The notes under the pieces are model-generated. The model saw nothing but the letters and a program-made list of their open reading frames with translations. It made no database searches and was not told the DNA's origin. A DNA stretch of 63,634 bases, filler included, from Vannella sp. (Eukaryota): assembly GCA_023345925.1 (NCBI GenBank). It is 5 parts of 5 records of this genome, joined end to end, with 100 filler letters (N's around TTAATTAATTAA, not from the genome) between each part and the next. Parts side by side here need not be neighbours in the genome. Positions count along the whole stretch, not along the records: positions 31,127 to 53,000 come from JAJQQN010000678.1; 4 more parts are not named here. The stretch is one strand, 5' to 3'. Numbering within the stretch: the first letter of the stretch is position 1; the number at the start of each line of letters is the position of its first letter. A program made the translations under genes and the position numbers. Below, piece after piece: positions 31,865 to 43,148 of the stretch.

Positions 31865-34843
31865 TTATTCACCATGGATTTTTGATGCCGCTGTTCCAAT
31901 GGGATCATTGGGTAGAGCCGCTTCAGTTGGTCCGCACTCGGATGCGCAATCTGATGAGGATGAGGCACATTTTGATGGCGGGAACTTGGGGGCAACACAG
32001 CTCTTTTGGTGAATGCCTCGCACTTTCAGAAGAGCCTTCAAGTCAGCATTGCCCAATTGAAGGTCCTGAGCAGAGAGGAACAGCAACGCCCCTCGCCCTG
32101 AAGCTCCCGTCCCCCGAATGATATCGGCAGTTACCTTTGAGAGCTCGTTCTCACTCAACAAGTTGGCCATTTCCTCTGCTGTTTCGCACTTGCAAACACT
32201 GCACTCTTGGTCGGAGTAAGGAAGCGCTCCCTTTTCAAGGCGCTCCCGAGTGTAAAGCACAACGATTTGCTGGTCCTTTGGCAGTGCAGAGACCATCGAT
32301 TTCACATCTCTCTCTCTTCGCAAGATCAAGTCTTTGGCGGCGATGTTTTGAAGCACTTTGATAGTTCTCGCATCAGCACCGAAGCAGTTGAGCAACAAAC
32401 CGAGCTTCGGACTGCCTTCCTCATTGAGATCGAAAAGGCCTTCTGGGTCTTTTCTAAGCTGGTCCTCGAGAGCAAGGATCAGGCGTCTCTCCACCTCCGC
32501 GGCCGATTGGACAAAGCGTTTCAAGGCTTCAATATCAAGCTGTTGAAGCTCCTCCATGCGGCTTTCAGCGCTGTTGATCAGGCTTAGACGATCAAATTGA
32601 GCCAGGACTGGCTCCAGGCTGAGACGATCCAATTGAGTCAGGACTGGCTCCCAAAGGAGCTTGGTTGAGAAAGAGCACGGCAATCGCCCATCCTCGAACC
32701 ACTGCTGCATATCCTCTTTGTCCGGTTGGGTCGCTGAAGACATGATAGCTGCCATGCGGGAAGATACACCCAACTCCTTCTGCAGGATGACCTGCAGGCC
32801 CAGCGCTAGTGGGTTGTTCGCTTTGAAAAGCGCCAATTTAGCTTGTTGCTACCCCTTAGTGAGTCCCACGGTTCATCTCGTTTCCAACTCACCTTAAGGC
32901 ACTCGCCTCCCTTCTGAACAAGCAATTTGGTGATTTCGTCGTGTCCTTGGTGGAGAGCTAAGTCCAAAGCCGTCTTCCCAAAAGGTGAGTTCTCAAATTT
33001 TCTTGTTTCTCATCAAAGAAAGAGTAATGACAAGAAAGGGGATGGGGTCATTCACTCACAAACTAAAAAACAATCCCAGAAAGATGAGCGGAGTGCTTGA
33101 TCACAAGGTAGGTCCCATGTCACTCACTTGCTAAGAGCGGAAGGTGAGTTCTTGCCCTGTTTCTTTCTTCTTTGAAATTCTTTGTCCGTTAAGGGATCAG
33201 TCACTTACTCTCTAATCCCAAAAGGTGAGCGTTTGGAACCTCCCCCACTTCAGAGTAATCTAGCCCAAGAGGCTTGATTTGGAATGATACAGATCAGTCA
33301 CTCACATCCTAAATGCACCCTCAAGGTGAGCTTTTCTGCTCTTGAGCCCTCTTTCCTTCCCATAAAGGAAAGAGGCGTAAACAGGGGTGAAGGGGGCCTA
33401 TCTCTTACTTCCTAAAGCAATCCCAAATGTCAGGTCATCTATAAATGCGTATCTATCTTCCATATGGCATATTATGAGGAGGTGAGGATCAGTTACTTAC
33501 TGCCTAAAAGCAATCCCAAAAGGTGAATATTTTCATCTTCTCCTCTTCTTCAAAGAAAGAGAGATCATTGGGTGATAAGAAATCAGCTACTTACTCTCTA
33601 AAAGCAACCCCAAAAGGTTAGTTAACTATTACTCCCCTTCCTCTCTCTATCATTGATAAAGGACCAATCGATAGAAGCTAAAGAGGAAGGAAGAGAGAGA
33701 GGGGAAACTAGTGCCTTACAGCCTGGAGATGAGAGCCTAGGTGAGAATGAGGATCGCTTTAAGAGAGGAACCCACCTTGTTGAGCTCGATTCCGTCCAGA
33801 GAAAGCAAGTATTCGACGATGTCAAGTTGCCCTTTGTCGGAAGCAAAAGTCAGGAAGGTCTGTGGTGAGTTAGATTTTTGTCACAAGCCTCTCCCATTAG
33901 AACGGGTAGCGAGAAAGGGGGCCCCTATTCTAGGGTGATGCGGCCAAACCACTCCAAAACAAAGGCTTTCACTGAACCGAGCACGTGACCGCATCCTGAC
34001 ACCCCACTCCTTTCTGCCACACTTGAGACTTACCCACTAAAGGAAATCGCAAAAGGTGAGTTTCGTTCTCCTATCTTTCATAAAGAGAGGGAGGGGCTGA
34101 TGGATCAGTCACTCACATACTAAAAGCACCCCCATTGCGGTGAGTTCTTCTCCTTCTGCTTCTCCTCTTCTTCATCATCATCAAGAAGTATCAACGAGAG
34201 GAGATCTCCAAGACACTTACTCCCTAAAGCATCCCCAAAAGGTTAGTTCTCCTTTCCTCCTCTCCTCCTCTTCTCCCTTGTTCCCCCTTCCCCGTCCCTG
34301 GAGAAAGAGAATCAAAGGGAGAGAGGGAGAGTTTGATGGATAAGGAAGTCACTTACTCCCTAAAGCATCCCCATAGCGGTGAGTTCTTCTCCTTCTCCTC
34401 TTCCTTCTCTCATCCCCAGAGAAAGAGACACCAAAGAGAGGGAGTGGCAGATGGATCATTCTCTTACTTTCTAAAAGCATCCCCATTATGGTGAGTTCTT
34501 CTCCTTCTCCTCTTTCTCCTCCTTCTTCTCTTCTTTCCTCCTTCTCTTCATCTCTTTACCATCCCCAAGAGATATAACAGAGGAGAGGCGGACGCTCGTT
34601 CACTTACCCACTAAAGGTATCCAAGATGGTGAGACCCACGCCCAAAGGGAGGGAAGGCATGGACCAGTCACTTACCCACTAAAAGCAGCCCAAAGGTGAG
34701 TCCTCCTGCTCCTTCTCCTCTTCCGAGAGTTGCTTGACAGTTCTCACCATGTTCAGCCTCTCTGGGTGATCCTCTAGAAAGGCTTGAACCCTGCTCAAAC
34801 TCCCAGACTTCATGGCGGCCAGGTGCTCTTCGTTCACTCCCAT
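31865..34843 (-). CDS. Ankyrin-repeat protein with 15 single-codon micro-exons and a C-terminal helical/SAM-like region
   Basis: Exon 34843-34748 MGVNEEHLAAMKSGSLSRVQAFLEDHPERLNM; seven 3-nt exons (W,W,K,G,G,Y,W); exon 33859-33776 TFLTFASDKGQLDIVEYLLSLDGIELNK; eight 3-nt exons (A,R,A,E,D,R,Q,F); exon 32973-32893 TALDLALHQGHDEITKLLVQKGGECLK; final exon 32848-31865 in frame with the 323-aa ORF. All 18 introns are GT..AG and phase 0. Confidence 0.82.
32580..32651 (-). repeat. 36-nt in-frame tandem duplication (EPVLTQLDRLSL / EPVLAQFDRLSL)
   Basis: Two near-identical adjacent copies in the last exon. Confidence 0.85.
32974..33775 (-). repeat. Micro-exon array B: eight intron/3-nt-exon units
   Basis: AG|NNN|GT units in transcript order: GCT 33722-33720, AGA 33597-33595, GCA 33503-33501, GAA 33411-33409, GAT 33308-33306, AGA 33211-33209, CAA 33130-33128, TTT 33062-33060. 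Confidence 0.88.
33860..34747 (-). repeat. Micro-exon array A: seven intron/3-nt-exon units
   Basis: TTTAG|NNN|GTRAG units in transcript order: TGG 34678-34676, TGG 34610-34608, AAA 34470-34468, GGA 34359-34357, GGA 34223-34221, TAT 34119-34117, TGG 34036-34034. Each is preceded by a CTCAC/CTAAC branch-like motif ~20 nt upstream. Confidence 0.9.
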
Positions 34844-35180
34844 CCCAAACGAATGATTCATTCCCACCGTCGATTTGATTCATTTTCCATTTGATTGTCG
34901 AATTCCAAAAGCCATCCGAAAGGGGAAGAAGAAGAATGATGAGAACGAGGCCAATCAGTGTTCTTCCTCTTCCTTCACTTCCCTCGACCACCAAAAGGAG
35001 GTTGTTTAGAGGATTGAATGCACTGGTTCGCTGGCTGAGGGTGTCTGAGTGCCAGGAATCCATAAAGGAAGGCTCCAAAGGCTCTTTGCTGTCCAACAGG
35101 GAGGCTCAGGAGGCTTTATTTGCGGTTTGAAGTGAAGACCATGGAAAATTCTACTCATTAGAACCGGATTCAGTCATTTG

Positions 35181-35753
35181 ATGGCAGAAGGAAGCGCGAC
35201 GCCTTCGGGACTGGAAGAGGGGACGGGCAAGGAAGAGGTGGAGCAGTTTTTGGTCGATCTAGAGGACTTTGAGCCGATTGTATGTCTTCTTTCGACCATT
35301 TGCAGCTGCCTTCGCTTGCTCACTGATCTTTGCGTGTTGGATTCTAGATCCCTGATGAGGTGGCTTCCTACTACCTCACTCGGTCGGGCTTTGTGTGTCC
35401 TGACGTTCGCATGTAAGAGAAGAAGTCATGTTGGGAAGTGCCTCCTCACAAGCGCACCAGACAAAGAGCCATCTCTCTTGCCGCACAGAAGTTCATTGCA
35501 GACATCGCTGAGACGACGCTCCAGTTCAATCAAGTGAACAACAAGAACAAGGTTCGTTACAAGTACCCCCCACCCATTCTTCCATCTCAGGGGGCGAGGC
35601 TAGGCTGAGAAGAAGAAGGTTCTTCGAATGGAAGACCTTTCCGAGAGCCTCAAGGAGTACGGCATCAACATCAACAAGCCAGCCTACTTTGCGGATAGCC
35701 TGACATCCGGAAAGGCCAAAATAACAGGCAAGCGCAAGCGAACAGACAAGTAA
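35181..35753 (+). CDS. TAF10: TFIID subunit 10
   Basis: FLVDLEDFEPI|IPDEVASYYLTRSGF.CPDVR|..ISLAAQKFIADIA..VLRMEDLSESLKEYGININKPAYF; three short introns. Confidence 0.93.
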
Positions 35754-35822
35754 CTCCGAGAAGCGGGAGCTTTAGAGAACAAAAGTGTATTGCCAGCCTC
35801 CCAGGATGACACAGATGAGGGC

Positions 35823-37622
35823 TTAGTTCGTCTTAGCCTTAGTCTTGTTGAGGAAATGAGCTTTGGTGTCCTGAACCATCGTCTGGAATGCAGTTCGGAT
35901 GCCAGACTTTTCGCGCACCTCGCTTCCATACAAACGGCGCATGTGAGGCTTCTCAATGAGCCTCTCAAAGGCCACGTTGCAGAGCTGAGAGATCACTGCT
36001 AGACCCAGCATTGTCCAGCTCCCACTCATCAAGGCGAACCCGTAGAACCCAGCGCAGCCGGTGACGCTCTCTGGGTTGTTCAAGAACCGGTAGATTCCCG
36101 TGTAGTACAGTCGAGAGGGCACCTCGTCGATGAAGAAGTCACCGTAGAACCATCCAAACTCACCTAAAGTCTCAAAGGTCGAAACAGAACTCCAAATGTT
36201 GAGGGAGACGAAGATGGCGCCAATCACTTGTCGCATGACCCACTGTTGGATGTCTTTCCAGAGCCAGGTAGAGTCAGGGAGGCTCATAAACTTGGCAGCA
36301 CAGACAATGAAGACTGTCCAAGACATGATGAGGCCCATGTTGCGGATGCGCTTCCAGTTCTCGAAGGCGTCCTTCTTAGTCGCTCCACGGGAGAGGAAGG
36401 CACGGACGTAGTCTTGATCATGGTCTTGCTGGTGGAGAATGTAACCCAATCCACCCGTGTAAAATAGGCGCCAAACCACCACTTGCACCACAAAGAACCA
36501 AAAAGGCAGGTCAAACAGGCATTGGAGGCACGTGTAAGAGATCAGGACGACTAAGCACAAGTCTGAAGAGCGAGCGATGTTGATGTTCTTGAAGACGATC
36601 AGATCACGACGGAAGTAGCCGTTGGTTGTGTTGTAAAGAACTTCTTCGACCTCCGGATCCATCACCCTCGAAGACTCGTCGCCTCCGTACGTCTTATCGA
36701 TGTGAGGGTTCTCTACAATAGTGAGGAAGATCAATTGACAGGCATGAGCAACGATGCTGACGTAGAGCACGGTGTAGGACTGCGTGATCATGCTCGCCCC
36801 ATAGAAGAACGCATAGCCGATGGTGTACATGGGATGAGGGAACATGGCAAAGACTCGATCAAAGGTAAGGTTCTGCTCAATGAGGAAGAAGAAGTCGCCC
36901 CAGTACCAGGCAAAGTCTCTCACGACGCGGTACGCATCAGTCTTCGACCAAAGGGTGAAAGCGATGAGGACTAAGCCAACCAAGTATCCCAGAAGATCGA
37001 GAATACCAAAGGACTCGGGAAACTCGAAGTACTTGAGGCAGAAGACGATGTAGGCCATCAAGTCGTTGCCCAAGATGACGTCCACAATCATACGGAAGAC
37101 CACCCAAGCGTTGAACTCGTTGGGGAGCTTTGATGCATCAAAGTGAGAGCGAGAGATGGCCGCGTAGACCTTCTTGGCGATGTGTGATTCGGGGAGGTCG
37201 GCCCACAAGCTTGAGAACCAACGATCTTGCGACTGCTTTTGGAGGATCAGGCCTAACCCAAGGTTGTACCAGAGTCTCCAAAAGAGAAACCACGCAATGA
37301 AGAAGTAGCCTGGGAGCGGTAACAGCAAGAGGAAGAAGTTGAGGAGACAAGTCGCTTGGAGCCAGTCCAACGGGCCAAAGGTGCCAACGTTCAAGTTGAG
37401 AGTACCCCGAACCTTGGGCACGGGAAAACCTGCAACAGATCCCCTGGTGAGTGAGGACCAGAGAAGGAGGACGGGAGATCACCCACGAACTCCGTCTGGG
37501 CAGATCCCTTCCAGCACGTCCGATCGAGATGACGAAGGAGCGGGAGACTGGCTCCCAGCGGGAGGAGTAGCAGAGCTACCCTGTGAACTATCTACTGAGG
37601 GTGAGGCGACACCCTCGCTCAT
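35823..37622 (-). CDS. CHO2: Phosphatidylethanolamine N-methyltransferase, CHO2/PEM1 type (two PEMT domains)
   Basis: FWRLWYNLGLG, PNEFNAWVVFRMIVD, KTDAYRVVRDFAWYWGDFFF, PHPMYTIGY, LGEFGWFYGDFF, YTGIYRFLNNPE, EKPHM. Ser-rich first exon from ATG 37622. Confidence 0.93.
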
Positions 37623-37818
37623 AGGAGCGGAGACAAAAGACTAACACAACAATCAAGCCGATTGGACGCAATCAAAGATTGTTAATAAGAGATAACTTTA
37701 ACTTGATTTATCCGGAACCAACGGGCGGGTCTACAATACAATGAACCATGAAAGGGGTCAATAAATGGGGTGAGAAGATTGCAAGTCTTTCCACAACCAC
37801 ATGGTAAACAGGTCTTCG

Positions 37819-38790
37819 CTACTCATCATGTTTCGCTCTCTTGGGGCTTCCTTGGGTTTCATCCATTGTTTCGAAGGCTCTTGCTCGCTTAGCGAGAAGA
37901 GGTTCCTCATCACTTTCGATTTCTCGAGCTCCACTGTCTTCGTTGTCTTCTTCTTCTTCGTCGTCTTCTTCTGTCCCATCTAGTACCAGAAGTTAGTACT
38001 CTGTGATCTTCTCTTCCTTGTTGGACGTACCATCTGCAAGATCAAGCAAGGCATTGTACTGCACCACAAAGTTATTCGCTTCCTGGTCCATCGTCACTAA
38101 GAGGACGTGGTCGTAGTCCTCATTAGCTTTTGAGGCCAAGAAAGAGAGATCCAGGAGAGAGAGACTCTGCAAACATGTTAGCTGTTTCCGAGAAGAAGAT
38201 CGAACACTTACCTCAGAGAAGGGCATGTGTGTGTGGAACTTCAGTTGAAGTTGGGGAAAGAAGAGAGCGATGTCGTTAACGATACCCCAGTGAGATTGCA
38301 AGGTTTCCATGAAGACGTTCAGTGGCCCAGAGAAGAGAGTCAGTTGTTCCCCAAAGAGAGCGGGCGTGGTACCATCCGAGGGAGAGTAGAAAAGATCGTA
38401 GTTGCTTGAGTGAAATGTTAGTCTTACGCAGATGGGTGTGTTGCCTTGCTCGTCTTCTTCATCCTCACACTCTTCGAATTCGCAGTCTTGCTCCACGTTG
38501 GACTCACCTTCAAGATCGTCGTCTTTTTTGCTGTCTACTTCCTCGGGTTGACTTGGGGGGGAACTGTCCAGATTGACCACCACATCAGTTGTAAACCCTA
38601 TCTCAGGATCCACTTCAATACAGTCCCCTGACAAACAAATGGCCTCCGTCACTGTCGCATGTGGGGCGTCACTGCCATAGGTTGACTCCAGAGGAGGAAA
38701 GGAAGAGCTCAATGGTTCTGTGCTTACGAAAGAGAGATTCAATGGCGAGTGGATACCAGCCGGCTGTGCTCGAAGCTCAAATGAGGTCAT
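37819..38790 (-). CDS. Acidic protein with DUF2420/RMR1-like domain
   Basis: PICVRLTF..YDLF, LFFPQLQL, SLSLLDL, FVVQYNALL recall DUF2420; two introns; acidic last exon stops at 37819. Confidence 0.55.
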
Positions 38791-38887
38791 GGGAAGGGAA
38801 GCAACTCGCAGACGGACAAGAGAAAATGGTTTTTAGTCCCCGACCGGATCCATTTATTTCCTTCCATATTCCACCAAATTATTGTTT

Positions 38888-41800
38888 TTATTCCATGGTA
38901 AAGGGGATGAATTGGGGAGCGGAAGGGCCTTGCGGGGTGAGGGGAACTCGACGAACGCTTCGGCGAGAAGAGGATTGAAGGAAAGGAGCAAATGATGAGG
39001 TCCCGACGGTCTGGCGGATGCGGCTGGCGGGGGTGTTTGGGATCACGAAAGGCGTGAACGGGGCGCTCTTCTTGGTTCCGGGTTGCATCGAAGGAGCTTC
39101 GGAGTTGCTGACAGCCAGGACTCTTTGAGGAGGTGCCCTTTGCGTGCGAGGAGTCTGCTTCAGAATGGCAAATGCGGCGGGCGATTGCTGCTGGATGTTG
39201 GATTGCTGTTCCACCTTCCGTTCCCGGTGAAGCTGGGAGTAGTGGAGGATGGAAGGGGGAAGTACGGACTTGTAGTTACTGACTAAGTGTGAGTAGCTAT
39301 CAGGGGCTTGTGAATGACTATGAGCATCGATAGCCTTCGCAAACTGGGATCGCTGGAGATAAAAGAGCACCCGTTTGTCGTAACGGAGAGTGTGACTGAG
39401 AGACTCCAGGTACTTGACAAGGAGCTGCTCCTCTTCTTCCATTAAAGAAAGAAGGAACAGAGACTCGAGTCTGTCAGACTCGGCACAGAATTGGAACAGA
39501 ATGTTCATCAGTTTGTGAAAATGGGCCTCATTGAATTCCAGTGTCGCTTTGGATTGCTTTCTGATGAATTGAAGTGAAAGAAGGAGGTTCCTTGGCAGTA
39601 AAAGATGAAGAAGATCTTCTTGAGCTTCTTTCTGAATAGTTAGGTCGTCTCGCTGAGACAACTGTACAGCCAACGTCAGCTCTTTTGTTTTCACCAGGGT
39701 TTGGAATACTTCAGTGGGCCACTGCAGTGGTACATCTGGAGATGTGAACAAGTAGTAGGCCCCTGAAGAGGTGATGCTTTGTCGAACGTATTGGGAAGCG
39801 TTTTCTCTCACCGAATACGGCGCGTCCAGGTTATCAAGTATCCAGTATCCCATCACTTGCGATTGCAGGGGGGCTGTGAGAAGCTGGGAAAAGGTAAGGG
39901 CAAAAGAACGGATAGTTTCTTGGTTCTTCTCCATGTCTCCATCTTGAGATTTGATGCTGGAGTCCAGTAAAAAGTAGAAGAGAACTTTAAGCTTGTAAAC
40001 AAGTCCTTGAGCATCAGTCAAGTGGCCATCAGCTGGCCAGATGGCATTCAGAGTGTCGAGTATATTCTCTTGTTGATAAGTTCCACTCCCTTGGGCTTCA
40101 CCCCACAGTAGTTCAATAAATGGTTTGTCGTCCTGGACCATCTCAGACGTTTCCATCTGGAGAAGATCATGGGTGAATATCCAGTGCCAGATCTCCATAT
40201 ACTCAGAATCTAGTACAGCTTGAGCATCAGCCTTCCGTATTGCTGTAGCTTTAGGGTCATCTGGAGAGAGTCTATGAAGCTCTGCATGAAGCAAGTTCAA
40301 CAACACACTCAAATTGCTGAGGATCGAGAAGTAATCGACCTGGATCCCTTCGGTTCCCTGCTGGAGTCTCAGTACATGACCGTGAGCAACTCCAAACTTT
40401 CTCAGGGTCCACTCTGCAATTGGTTCCAGGCGGTCAGTCGAGCTAATATACTTGCACAAAGAACAAAGCTGCTCGTGATTCAACAGAAGGTCAAACAGAT
40501 CGAAAAGGGCCTCGTTTTCAGTTACAGAGGAGATGAGTCCACATTGTCGGCAGTCTTCCAAGACACTCTTTAGCTGAGACTGAGTGGAAAAAGGCTTCTC
40601 AGCGGCAACTTTTTGCGCAATGTCTCGAATAATCTCATTTGGCTTACTGAGGAAGGTGTGGACATTCACATTGCTTGAGGTGCCAATGAACAGTTGGAAT
40701 GAAGTGGTGTTAACCCTTTTCAAAACGGATAACTCCATCTTAGGGGAAGTAGACTGGAGGAAATCCTCAACGCTTGAGGGGAGCACCAAAGCAGCAATGG
40801 TTGGAAGACCGACTGGGACATCAAAAGAGTGAAACCAAGACTTAATATCTTGCTTACTGCCACTGATACGGTCCAAAGGGAGCATCTGCATTCGTATCTC
40901 TGTTGATTTGGATCTTTGGACCTGCCAGACAAAGAAGCAGTATCTGGAATTGATGTTGGCAATGGCAGGCATAGAGCAATGAAGGACCCGAGCTGCAGTG
41001 GCCTTCTGCCCACCTGCAATCCCATCCACCGCGAACTCCAGAGGGGAGACAATGGGGCTGAGAGATTTGGATTCCTCATCAGTAAGATCAAGGAGGAAGG
41101 TTATCACGGAAGGATTAGCTCTCGAAGCACTAGCAGTGCTCGAACGCATCAGATCAAGAGGGCTGAAGACCGCAATCAAGGTGGCCTCCCGGAGGTCGTA
41201 CATCAGTGAGTACACAGGACACTTTTGACGTGAGTTCGTGTCACTGACGAGTGAGAGAGTTTCGAGGGACCACACTTGAATGGAGGAATCGTCCCCTCCA
41301 ACAAGGAGAAAGCGACTTTGGTCGATCTCGTCATCGGTAACCTCCCGAACACACGTGATGCATGTGGCCTTCGTGTTTTCCCTGGAGAGAACGAGGAATG
41401 GAACGAGATCAGAGTCTAGTAATCCCTGGGATCTCTCGTATCCATATTGGACCCTTCTCGCATTGAGCGGGATTGCGGAGGCTAAATCCTCCTCAGACTC
41501 CAAGTCCATGACTAGGATCTGACCACTACTGGTACCTATTGCTACAGGGCACCCAAAGTAGTACTCAGATGAAGGGCTAGACTGGAAACAGCGGTGAGAC
41601 AGGTCCAACTCTCAAAAAGAAAGACTTACCTTCCTACCCAGAGGGAGCCCCTTGCATTGAGAGATCATGCAAGCAGAAGAGGCTGTAAACTTGGGCAGAT
41701 TGATAATGCGGAGCGTCGTAGAGTTAAAGGGATCGAGAAGTCGAAGTTGAGAGCCGCCTCGGAGCTTCAGTCCAACTAAAAGGCAGCGCCTTCGGTTTGA

Positions 41801-42057
41801 AACGACTTCCTCCACGAAAGTAACGAGAATCTACAAAAGTGAGTGAATTACAACACCAAACTCGACTCTCCCACCTCATCTCCCGTCGAGAAGGACCAAC
41901 GCCCCGAACGTGTTCCAGCTGGAAGGCGATAGATCTCAAGCTCACTTCCCATCACCATCCAATAGAACTTGCCACTCGCTGAGAGTCCCCCGCTACCACC
42001 AAAGCAGTGGTCCAACTGCAGGACCTCACTCGAGCCGGGCTGAGTCGCCTTCGACAT
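38888..42057 (-). CDS. ELYS/AHCTF1-like nucleoporin (beta-propeller + helical ELYS domain)
   Basis: FYFLLD, FALTF..VMGYWILD, LFLLSLMEEEEQLLVKYL, VLFYLQRSQFAKAI; WD40-like N-terminal part; small 5' exons up to ATG 42057. Confidence 0.8.
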
Positions 42058-42139
42058 GAAGCAGTCAAAAAATAATCAAATAACTTCAATTTGATAAAGT
42101 GAGCTCAACGAATCATTGTTTTGCCACGTGTCGGGAGCC

Positions 42140-43064
42140 ATGTCGGAAGAGGACGTTCTTTATGGTCTGCGAAACAGCTTCTACACTGGGAACTATCAAG
42201 CAGCTATTACTGAGGCGGATAGCACACCTGATTCTGAAGCAAAGTCGGTGTTTGTGTACCGGAGCTACATCGGATTGGGGAACTTTGACCTCGTTCTGGA
42301 CGAGATCAAGGAGGAGGATGACGTTGCGCCTGCTTTATTGGCAACTCGTTACCTTGCAGAGTATTTGCAGGACCGTGGCTCTTTGAGTGAGGTGCAGCAG
42401 AAGCTCGCAGGCCTTTCTGGATCTGAGATGTCTGCAGTTGTGTCTGCCCTCATCTTCTTCCATGAGAACCGCGTTGATGATGGCCTCCGTGCCATTGCAT
42501 CCGTTGGTACCATGGAATCGCGTGCGTTGATGGTTCATGGCTTGCTGATGCTCAACCGCCTGGACAAGGCAGAGGAGATTTACAAACAAATGCAGGTTGC
42601 TGATGAAGACCACACTCTAACTGCTCTGGCTACAACCTGGTTGACAATCGCCAAGGGGGATGCTAGCATGAAGGACGCTTTCTATCAGTTCCAGGAGCTG
42701 ATGGACAAGTTTTCGCCTTCTCCCCTGCTCCTCAATGGCCTTGCAGTGTACAACTTGAAGACTGATAAGCTTGAAGAAGCCACTTCTGCCCTACAAGAGT
42801 CCTTAGAGAAGAACCCCACGCATCCTGAAACGATTGCCAACCTCCTCGCATGCTCCGCCTTCGCCACTGACAAGACTCCCAAGCAAATCAGCCAAGCCTC
42901 AGCCCGCCAAGTGAGGTAAGAACACCCCTCCCTCCTCCATCCCTTCTGACCACAAAGAAAGGCAACTCAAAGCGAACGATCCCTCTCATATTTGGCTCCG
43001 CAAACTCGAGTCCTTCGACCAACTCTTCGACACCCAAGCAGCTCGTTTCCAAGCCGCTAAATAA
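42140..43064 (+). CDS. COPE: Coatomer subunit epsilon
   Basis: LYGLRNSFYTGNYQAAI, VYRSYIGLG, EDHTLTALATTW, DAFYQFQEL, LLLNGLAV; final exon QLKANDPSHIWL. Confidence 0.95.
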
Positions 43065-43148
43065 ACCCGCCCAGCACGTGCAATCCTTGGACACGATATG
43101 ATAATGATCACCAAATAGTGAAGCATCAACGTTGGCAGTTTTTCGGGG

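Noticed and set aside
32980..34700. Plus-strand gene using the repeated ggtgag motifs as splice donors
   Set aside because: There are no matching plus-strand acceptors or coherent exons. GTGAG/GTTAG is the reverse complement of the branch motif CTCAC/CTAAC, and the minus strand yields clear ankyrin exons.
33000..34720. CRISPR-like repeat/spacer array
   Set aside because: The repeats are degenerate, spacing varies (53-174 nt), the context is eukaryotic with no cas genes, and the conserved parts are splice signals.
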